In this document: positions 36,430 to 46,991 of the stretch, piece after piece
How positions within the stretch are numbered: position 1 is the first letter of the stretch
Layout: every line of letters begins with the position of its first letter
Origin: Ostrea edulis
Lineage: Eukaryota
Assembly (NCBI RefSeq): GCF_947568905.1
Contig: NC_079167.1
Span: 61,690,001-61,754,000 of the forward strand
Direction of reading: 5' to 3'
DNA: 64,000 bases
The notes under the pieces: model-generated
What the model was told of the DNA's origin: nothing
Databases searched by the model: none
Seen by the model: only the letters and a program-made list of their open reading frames with translations
Position numbers and translations under genes: made by a program

Positions 36430-37467
36430 AAGGCCAAAATTAAAATTAAGTTTGTTTCCCCTTACCCGACTAACCCGATTAAAATCCGCCAACTGAAATA
36501 ATTTTATCGCCAAAATTGCACAAAAGTTCGTTTTTTTAGTTTCGTTTCGTCGTGTGATCCGTAATCTTAGTAGTCTTTGAAAATCGTTGTTGCCAGCGCG
36601 TTTGAAACAATCGAAAAATACGTTTGTAATTGGAATTCAATTTAGAAAGGGATGTTTATTATGGACATTGATACGGCCTGCATACTGGTAAAAGAAAATT
36701 TGTACAGAAAGAATTCTTCGGCATTTGTGTCACAGCGGCCGCGAAGTGCGGCAACAAAAATACAACAATATGTAAAAAAAAATGGGATCTTCGAATATTC
36801 TGTGGACTGTACTTGGGATGATGTCTACCACGACATCACAAATGATTCGGACTTTTGTCCCCACAAAACTGATGTTGTTGAGGTAGTGGTGTTCCAATCA
36901 TCGATTATAATCGAAAATCAGTCGATTGTTGGCAAATTTTAAGCAGTCGATTATGAAAATTTTATTCCAATTAAAAGGTTTTTAGATTTTGTTTTCTCAG
37001 CAACTGTAGTTTTTGAAGAATATTCCTGCCGTGACTTATCAAGTAACCTAAAAGTTTTTTTCATCGTAATGACGGCGCACACGAAATCGGAAGTATCCAT
37101 ACACGGGGAATAAAGTATGTTCGCTTGGTCAGATACTGAGATAGACGTACTTTGATTCAAGCATATAAACGAAGGACCATTGATCAAAGAAAATCTTAAT
37201 ACTAGTAAATCCATGTGCGAATTACGCAGACAAAAACCGCTTTTAAGGGCCACTGTTACTCTGCACGTGCGTATCATGTTTTCAGTTGGTGACAATTAAT
37301 AGATCTGTTTTATTTTTTGTTTTTAATAAAATGAATTTCTTTCCTTATTTTACTTTGCTGAATGTTAATCATATTCTAATTAAGCCGGACCATCGTCAGT
37401 TAATGAACTGTAACTTTGATATACGGGGATATAACTGAAGCAAACGATATCCGTTTTGGGCGACTTT

Positions 37468-37500
<33 letters not shown>

Positions 37501-38074
37501 GAATAACAAATACACAAGAAAATATTCACTTACACTCTCTCAGCTATAGAAACAACAAATATGAACGTGGATAATATTTATTTACACTTTTTCAGTAGTT
37601 GAATTAACTTTAATCATTATATAATTTCTCTGTCTGATTATAATCGATAATTAGTTTTAGCAAACCAATCATCGATTATGAAATTCTCACCGATTCCCAT
37701 CACTAGTATTTATCTGACAAACTTGATGGAACTACAACTTTTTCTCATGACAAGTACGAAGGCCTTCATGTAGTGAAAGACTTTAAACAAGTGTCTCAAA
37801 TATGTGATATTCAAAGTAACATTGTTCTGAATATATATATATATAGATAATAGTTACTTTTCGCAATGATCGGTAAAAGTATAGGTAAAAAATAAAAATG
37901 AAACACGAAGACATTTAGTAAAGCTTTAGCGCTTTCATTTCAAATCTTCAGAAGCTTTACATTTAGTAACATAGTGACATAGTAACATTTGTTACTAAAT
38001 GTAAAGCTTCTGAAGATTTGAAATGAAAGTGCTGAAGCTTTACTAAACGTCTTCGTGTTTCATTTTTATTTTTA

Positions 38075-38122
<48 letters not shown>

Positions 38123-38610
38123 TGTACCTACAGAAACATTTCATTATCTAACTTGTATGGCCTTTAGGTCTTGATGATATCTAGTCAACACACAAAAGAC
38201 ATTGAATTTGAGATTATTACTTTATTTAGTAGCCTCATTATAAATGTATGTTGAAGTGATATTAACAAACAATTTCTAGTCAGAAAAAATCCTCTCTGCT
38301 CGGTGTTCAGTGTCAAATTTTATACTTTTAAGTATTTGATTCATGTTTTGAATTTTTACTAGTCAAAAAATACTCGGGGCTATTTTTACTTGCATAGCCC
38401 TTTTTCAAAGTTTTCTAGTCGTGCTAGTCACTCATAACTTGTTCATATGTTGTATTAGTACCAATAAATGATTTGTTTGTCTGTTTCTTGTGTGTTTGAT
38501 AAATTTCAGGAATTTCCAGGAAAAAAAAATAAAAAGCCTACCTACCTACCCACTTCTAAAAAGTTAGGTAGGGTAAGGGGAAACAAAAATATTTTTAATT
38601 GTAGCCCAAG
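36430..38610. mobile_element. Probable non-autonomous DNA element with imperfect TIRs and nested inserts
   Basis: Left AATTAAAATTAAGTTTGTTTCCCCTTACCCGAC versus the reverse complement of the right end AATTAAAAATATTTTTGTTTCCCCTTACCCTAC; no TSD confirmed. Confidence 0.5.
37887..38073. repeat. Near-perfect palindrome (about 84-bp arms, 18-nt loop) flanked by (TA)n
   Basis: Arms 37887-37971 and 37990-38073 differ at 3 positions, all transitions. Confidence 0.9.
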
Positions 38611-39588
38611 GGGAGTTGCTATATTGAATATGCAGGTTCCCATGGATATGGGCAGTGGAAAGGGTAAAAAAGACATTAATTAATACAAAACAAATAGCTA
38701 ATTTTCAAAAATACATTGAAATGCATTTGCCGGACAAGCTTAAAACAAAATCAGCAGACACGATTGCAAAATTAACAGACTCTGTTGCAAACAAACAATC
38801 ACTGAAAATTAGTTGTTTGTTTTGTATTAATGTCTTTTTTACCCTTTCTGCCATCCACACATGAATACTGTTCCATAATAACTAAGGAAGGAAAATGAAT
38901 TTTGATCTCTATTTTCAATACTTCATAAGTGTGTTATACAATCTGAACTGCCATATATCCTGCACACCCTACATTTCTGAAGTTATTTGTTTCTCATTTC
39001 ACTTTACTCTTCTTGGGTATTTATTTTAAAAACCAAATTATAATGTAATAAATTTTAAGTAGTATTTCTTTTTTCAACCAGGCAAGTCAAAATTTGGGTT
39101 CACTTGCTCAAAGAAAAGTTAATGTCTATCCCTGCAGTTGGCCTTTTTAGGCCACTTGAGTAAACTCAGGTGACCTATTGCAATTTGTCAGCATCCGTCG
39201 TCATTCGTTTAAAACATCTGAACATTTTTAACTTCTTTTTGATAACTACCATTTCAATTCTTTTCAAATTTGGTATGAAGCATCTTTGGGACAAGGGATT
39301 TAAATGTACAAGAATACCTGGTGAACAATTCACATACTATGGAAAAACCATATGATATTTGATTATTATGAAGATGAACTATGTAATATATACATAATTA
39401 ATTTAATTATGATTTATGACACACCTCCCCTTCTAAGATTAAGTTAAACGTAGTTCCACCCTCCTGTAATGTCATAAGATTTCGCAAAGTCACTGATCCG
39501 CGCCTGTCAACTCGACGTGATCCGACTCTTCGGATGAAGTTACTGTAGTAATAATATATATACATCTAGAGGGGTTGGATTACCTTAA

Positions 39589-40103
39589 AGGGACTGGTTC
39601 ACGATTTTTGATAAAAATATTTTTCATTTTTGATGTTACACATTAGAAATATAACTCATTTAATGTTGACAGCCAAAATTTTGACCTTCTGAATGCAAGA
39701 ATGAAAGCAATATTTTAGCCTTAAATATGTGTTATGTAAACAAAGACTCGAGTCTTTTTATGTAAACAAACAAACAAGTGAAATATTGATTTTGTAATAT
39801 AATGCATCTTAATTTTGCATAGTCTCAAATTTTAACTTTTAGATGACACATTTCACCCAAAAAATGCTTGAAATGTTAAAGATATGATAAACTTAGATCG
39901 ATATCCATTTTTTTTAAAATTTCGTAACCAATAGCATACCACAATCTTTGTTTACAGAACAAAGAATAAACTCTCTAAAATGAGCTTCTGTGATGATGTA
40001 TAACCTTGATTTTCATGTGAAATCGTTAAAACACATTAGACAGTAGATTTTGATCATTAAAAGTGAAAAACAAAATTTTGGGTAAAATCGTGAATCAGTC
40101 CCT
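39589..40103. mobile_element. Kolobok-like non-autonomous DNA transposon
   Basis: TTAA TSD (39585-39588, 40104-40107); TIR AGGGACTGGTTCACGATTTT / AAAATCGTGAATCAGTCCCT. AG termini rather than piggyBac CC. Confidence 0.8.
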
Positions 40104-40403
40104 TTAAATGTACTGTAATACAAAATGGACAAAAACAAGATTTTTAAAATTTTGTTTTATGCATTTTAAAGATAAAACAATCAGCAAACAGTTGATACAT
40201 TCTGTATATACACATTTACTGATACCATTTTGCTGTCTATTCAAATAGTCCGCTCCAACATTCTCCATTCCTTGGATCAAGATGATGTGGAATCTGTAAG
40301 TCTGTAAAGACAACACCCACCTCACAAGTCTGGAATTGATCAACTTTGTCTTATTGATGTACATCAATGGATAATGATCTTTCTCTAGATTTAAATATAT
40401 TAT

Positions 40404-40541
40404 TACTAAAGTAACTTGATCCGAAGAGTCGGATCACGTCCCATTGACAGGCGCGGATCATCAGATCACACAAGTTTGATCTGATGATCCGTGCCTGTCA
40501 ACGAGACGTGATCCAACTCTTCGGATCAAGTTACTGTAGTA
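40404..40541. mobile_element. Fold-back MITE inside the RNase H remnant (half copy at about 39490-39550)
   Basis: TACTAAAGTAACTTGATCCGAAGAG...CTCTTCGGATCAAGTTACTGTAGTA, inverted arms over the whole length. Confidence 0.8.
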
Positions 40542-41685
40542 ATGATAAATTTATTATATACCCCCATCTGCATTTTAAATCCACATTTCTAAGATAATAA
40601 ATGTAATCCAAACTATCAAAAACACAGAGATACCATGAAATTATAATTTGTGTACGCAGTTTTGTTTTGTGACGCGGTCAATATTTTCTACAAATAACAT
40701 TGCGTTGATGCATTGTGACAGCATCAGTTTCAGAGGATACTGATACGGAATCAGAAAACCACAGTGTGGTGATCCGTAAAACCGGATCACACGCTGTGAC
40801 ATCCACGGTATCAAAGACCGATACATTGATGGGTATATAATAAAACTCCTTTCCATAGAGATATCTTTTGGAATTTCTGAATAGGCCATACAATAACAAG
40901 GCATTCATTTTCAATGGTAGAGTACTGTTCTTCACTGGGCTTCAATGAGTTTCTTTCTTACTTGCATACACAACAGGGAGTTTATCTTTGCCTTCTTGTT
41001 GCAGTATCATGGCACCAACTCCTCTGTCTGATGATGCATTGGTCTGTAATATAAATATCTGAAATGTGACTTGGAAGGTTTAGGATACGTGAAGTTGTAA
41101 TGACTGATTTGAGACTTTTAAATGCAATTTTCTGAGATTCAGACCATTGTAATTGTCTGGTGCAAACTTGCAGGTCAGATCAGTTAAAGGGAGAGAATTA
41201 TCAGCAAAGTTTGGAATGAACGTTCGATAAAAGTTCACCAATCCCAAAAACAATTGTTGCTGTTGTTGGTTTCAGGGCGTTGACAGTATCACTGACACCT
41301 TATCAGAATATAGTTGTCCCGTACCATCACCAATTACGTACCCAAGCACTCAAGCTTCCGATAAACGACAGAGAACTTCATTGGCCAGGCTGTAAGGGGT
41401 GCTTCCCGAAGTCACCTTAAAACCTCAGAGAGTACTCAGACATGCTGTTCAAATGCATCAGTGTATCAAAATGTCATTTATAGAATTGTCCATATATTTG
41501 CAAGATTATGAAGAACTTGCTTCAGGCAAAAAAATGTTGCAAGGGCTGTAACTATCCTAAATGGCATCATAATGAACTGAAGTAGTCTCAAAGGAGTTTG
41601 AAAAGCTGTATGAGGTACATTGTACTTCCCAATACTGTTTTGACAAATCTAACCAAGAGAAGAACTTGTGTCCCGACAGTTTTGC

Positions 41686-42017
41686 AAACACAGCATCTAC
41701 ATCCGGTATAGGCTCTGCATTAAACACAGCGTCTACATCTGGCATAGGCTCTGCATTAAACACAGCGTCTACATCTGGCATAGGCTCTGCATTAAACACG
41801 GCGTCTACATCCGGTATAGGCTCTGCATTAAACACAGCGTCTACATCTGGCATAGGCTCTGCATTAAACACAGCGTCTACATCTGGCATAGGCTCTGCAT
41901 TAAACACAGCGTCTACATCTGGCATAGGCTCTGCATTAAACACAGCGTCTACATCCGGTATAGGCTCTGCATTAAACACAGCGTCTACATCTGGCATAGG
42001 CTCTGCATCAAACACAG
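41686..42017 (-). repeat. 36-bp tandem repeat x9 derived from the RT coding motif AEP(M/I)PDVDAVFN
   Basis: ORF 41557-42039 shows nine in-frame copies between ITVFD and AKLSGHKFFSWLDLSK. Confidence 0.95.
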
Positions 42018-44123
42018 TGATGTATCCTAAAATCAACACAGAACCTAAATGTGTTGTCCTTCTTGGCTACCAAGACTATTGGAGAGGAATATAGATTGTC
42101 TGACATCTCTATAACACCCATGTCTAACATCTTATTTATCTCTTCAGTAACAGTTTCTTCCATTGCAAATCGGGTATGTCTTGGACTTACTCATACAGGG
42201 TTGTCTGTAGTTGTGCGAATATCGTGTTGCATCATGTGTGTATGCCCTGGCTTCTGAGTGAAAACATTACTAAAGCTCATAAAGAGTCCTTTCATGGTTT
42301 ATATTTCTTCCTCATCAAGATCTTGGTTGATATCTACAGCCTTGTAACTTGCTACACTGATGCTTACATCAACATATCCTTCCTGGTCATAATCAGATTC
42401 TGCAAAGTCGATCTGTTTACAATAGACATTAGAATACCGTAAATATTCCCTGGAAATTCTGATTCAATAATTTCTCTGGGAGTTATGCCCCTTTTGTACT
42501 TAGAATTTTGAGCCTGTCTGTCCTGTTCTTGCAATAATGCATAGCATTACCATTCATTATGTGAGGCATATTGTCAAACAATGTTGGAGCATGAGGTATT
42601 TGAGCTTTTATTTTGTGTGTGTGAATTTGCTACGGCAAGTTATGATAATCCTCATATTTGAGGATGTAAATTCAAGGCAGCAAACTGCATGTGCATTTCC
42701 TGATTATGAGAATTTTACCTGGAAAAGCGACATGTTGATCTTTTGTTTACTGACTGACCTCGGGGCTGTCACTAAAGTTTTTGGGACAGCTAGAGTCCAA
42801 ATCCCTGTAGATTGAGAAATTTATCATTTTTGTCCATATCAAATAAAAAAAAATTGATTGACATACAATCATCCAGGTTTTTGTTTTAATTAAAAGCAGA
42901 TTTTTTCTTATAATTTGACAATAGTTGATCATTAAGGAAATGCATCTTACTTTTACATTGTCTCAAAATTAGGAATTTCAAGACTATTTGAAAATTTTTG
43001 CTTATTTTCCTATCGTTAAGGGTCCTTTTATTGAACTCAATTTAGAGAGATTGCCAGTCCTGTCATTTGTAGCTGCAGAACTCTAGCTCTCTGAGAAAAT
43101 ATTGGGACAGATCAGAGATCTGACCAGTCCCAATACATGTATTAAATTTTTCTTCTTTTTTTTTTTTTTTGTTGGTCATTTGTTGATATATATTTTAGTA
43201 ATGAATTTTTTTGTTTATTTAATATGATTGTAGCATTGTTTTAATTCATTAAGCAGTTCTTTTGGGTTGTATAGGTATATAATATTCTCATTGGTTAATG
43301 TCCAAATGGAAGTATGTATGTGGCGTATTAGTCATTCATTAGACATCCATGCCTGGTTGTGGACAACATGCATCAAAGGGATGATGATGATTATGTTGAT
43401 GATCGTGGGTTTTACCACCCACTCACCCACCCTTTATATATGTTTTGGTTCTTGAGAAACAGGCCAGTCATTAATACATCCATAGTAAACGCCAGGGTAC
43501 AACCAATCATTAAACGAGTAAGTGAGCAGATCTAACATCTAATTAGGTTGGGGTACAACATAATCATAGTTTGTGAAGTATCTATAGTACCAGAAGCTAC
43601 TGTTTACAATGGATGCAGTGATTAGTATCATCCTGTATTCAGATTTCCATTATGTGCAGTCTTCTATACCCCCTTATGAGATTGATCGATGTTCGTTATC
43701 TTCACCTTGCTAAAGACAAGATTTGATCAAAATGTTTATTATAGTGGGAAAAAATTTGTATGAGGTAGTCTTCCCATACATGTATTAATATGATCGTGAA
43801 AATATCATCAAAGAATCAAGGACATCACATGGACCTCTGATCCCATGACAGGTGCAGTCAGATTCTGAAAATAGTCTTGATTCATATATAACAACCTCTT
43901 GGCTTTACTTTATTATTATAAGTATATAGTTCAATAAACAATGTGATATAAATGAATGAATCTATAATGCTACACGAACCCAATTTCAATAATGTGGAAA
44001 AGTGGTAGATCATCAAGTGTGCTACTACACCTACAAAGCTTTCCATTTCATTTCATGCAAATGTTGAAACAATAGGTTAAAACATGTACAACCATATGTA
44101 TATGTCATGATTAAAATTTTCAG

Positions 44124-46954
44124 GTTCTGTGAGATCGAAATGCAGAAAGCTCTTCGTTGCAGCCATTGATTTTGGAACTACTTACTCTGGTTATGCATTT
44201 TCCGCCACATCCGATTGGTCCAAAGTTTTGACCAGTAACTGGACTGGAGGGAAGGTCGTCACTTTGAAGACACCGACAGCTCTACTGCTGAATTCAGACA
44301 AGGAATTCCAGGCGTTTGGATATGAGGCAGAGGACCAGTATTTAGACTTGGCTCGAGATGAAGAACACGAGGATTATTATTTCTTTCATCGATTTAAAAT
44401 GATACTTCATTCCGAAAAAGCAAGTTCCAAAATACTTATTTGTATGGTTATATTAACACTGCTATGAATTATAGATGTACTCACGACTGATATGCAAATA
44501 ACAGGTGTATTTGTAATTTTGTTCATTTTTCTAACATATCCTGACTTGAAATATACAATAACGGAAACTGAAATGGACTAAAATGAAATTAGTCTTATAT
44601 TTACATTTTTACTTTTATTTCTGTCAGAATTCCCAGCAGTTACAATAGACATTCTGTATTATCAAAATCGATACGGGCATTGTTTATTAATGCAGCACGT
44701 TCATGAGGAAATGGCTATCTTTACAATTTGTAGTTTTAGATATTAAAGCCAGGACATTGGAAATGTAAATATTGAGATATGAACTATGATGCTAGTTAGT
44801 AGTTAAGTGTAATTTTTTGTTTTCCCCATTGGAAAAATGGTGGATACTTAATCTAGCAAGAATTATTTAGATAACTACTGCAAATCAAGACCAATGCATG
44901 TACATGTAACACAAGTTAAGTGAAATAATCATCTGTGGTTGTCTGTATAATCTTATAATAATTATGACGATAATTAATGCTCATGCTTTAATTTTTCATT
45001 CTACTAGGCAATCAGTCGAAAAACAAAACTGAAAGATGCCACAGGTAAAGAAATTGAAGCTATAAAAGTTTTTGAACTCTCAATAAAATATCTTGTGGGG
45101 GACTTGATGAAAACTTTGAAAAACAGCTACCCGGATTTAAAGGAATCGGATGTGGAGTATGTTATCACTGTTCCAGCTATTTGGGATGATCGATCGAAGC
45201 AATTCATGAGGGAAGCTGCGCGAGAGGTAGGAAGCATGGACTGAAACAATTTGACACAGGGTTATCTGCACTTTAATCATTTACAGACGGTACTCCAATT
45301 TGTTGGCAGAACAAATGTTTAACACAAATATTCCTTGGGAGGAATCTCTATTGTACATATTTGATTTACGTGGATTAAATATTTGTTCAGTGTAATCATG
45401 GTTAGTCACTGTAAGAACTGGAGGGGAAATTTTTTAAAACTTAATTTATTTGTTTGCAGATAAAATGTCAATCTTTTTATTTTTAAACACTTCTTTTATT
45501 CCATGAAACCCACTTCGGATTGATCACATTCCTATTTATACTTCTCGCTGTTGCAGGCTGGTATTGAGAAATCTTCCTTGACCATTGCCTTAGAACCGGA
45601 GGCTGCATCCATTCATTGCCAGTATTTACCAGCAAAAAACCTCAACCTGTCCACTTCCAAGTATCTTGGGGAGCTTGCTGTTGGGACCAAGTATTTAGTT
45701 GCTGATTTAGGAGGTTTGTATATCTGAGATTCATGTGCCCAGTCTGTTCTGGATTTTATATTACATGCTCACAGGGTTGTCGGTAGCTGCAGTAATGTAG
45801 CCCTCTCCGATTTTTTAAAATTTGTTTTTTTGGGGGGGGAGGGGGAATGGGCTCCTATCCTGAAAACGTAAGAATAAAAGAAAATCAGAAAGGGTTACAT
45901 TATTGCATCTAGGTTGTTGGCTGAAAACCGCAGTCCATTGAAATGGCATAAATTTTCAAATTAATAGAAAAGTACATGTATGTATTAATCATTAGCACAC
46001 TGCAAAAGACAAAATATACTGGGAAATTGTATGTTACAAAATTGTCAAGATCTAATTTGTGATGTATTTGTGACTTTTTTTAACTGGGGTATGTGCAGTC
46101 ATCAATTATACATCACTAGTAGCCTTATCAACTGATGATTAAAAGTCTATCATCAGATTATTAATAAAAAACAAAATCTACAGCAAAGAGTCATATCACC
46201 CAGTAACATTTCTAAATAACAGTAAACCGGGTTTAGTACTTTACTGGTATCTGAGTTATTATATTGCCTTCAAAATTTACTTTATTAAGAATTCAACAAA
46301 ATGTCACACAGATGTCTGTGATTGAAAAAACAACACCATGGTCCCAGTCTTAGCCAAGTCCGACATAGTGGCAAATTTGACCTTGACAGTAAACCCAATA
46401 TTTAACAAGTTTTTGTCCTGATCTTTCCATTTTATAAATACACCTCTGTCTTTACAGTGTTGCTAAAAGAGATGTCATTATGTCTCCCCTCTTCCAGGGG
46501 GAGTCATTGTTTTGGTACTTTCTGTCCATTCGTCTGTCTGTCACAAAATCTTGTTAATACCTTTCCTTCCATAATATATAGCTTATGAGATAGACTTGAA
46601 ACTTTGTACAATGCTTCATTACTATTTGTAGATGTGCATATTGTTGGGACAAGGGGATTGAATTATTTTCCTAAAAGTTATGGTGGATCTAAGAGGGGTG
46701 GAGGATGTATTAATAACTTGTGAACACCTCTCCTCTTATATGGCTTATCTGTTAGATTTGAAACTTTGTACAATGCTTCATTGCCATATGTAGATGTGCA
46801 TATTGTTGAGACAGTAGGATCCAATTATTTCCCTAAAAGTGATAGTGGATCTAACAGAGGTGGAGGATGTTTAATAGCTCATGAACACTTTTTCTCTTAT
46901 ATGGTTTATCCAATAGACTTGATTGATTGATTGATTGAATCTTGCTTAACATTT

Positions 46955-46991
<37 letters not shown>

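Larger units (their letters stand above)
39350..42470 (-). mobile_element. Degenerate Gypsy element with RT-RNase H followed directly by PPT/LTR (Gmr1-like order inferred)
   Basis: EINKMLDMGVIE...YSSPIVLVAKKD.TFRFCVDFR, FDAEPMP, FFSWLDLSK, RYLYGKEF, YINKTKLINSRLVRWVLSLQ...NVGADYLNR; minus-strand PPT AGAAGGGGAGG then TGTCAT at 39421. Confidence 0.75.

Noticed and set aside
36652-37295. ORFs of 96 and 114 aa inside the nested repeat
   Set aside because: No recognisable domain or consistent splice signals.
35832-39134. Large hAT-like element from CAAGGATG...ATCCCTG ends
   Set aside because: The TIR similarity is loose and no 8-bp TSD is present.
41666-42094. Plus-strand repetitive ORFs (TASTSGIGSALN)n
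   Set aside because: Antisense read of the 36-bp RT-derived array.
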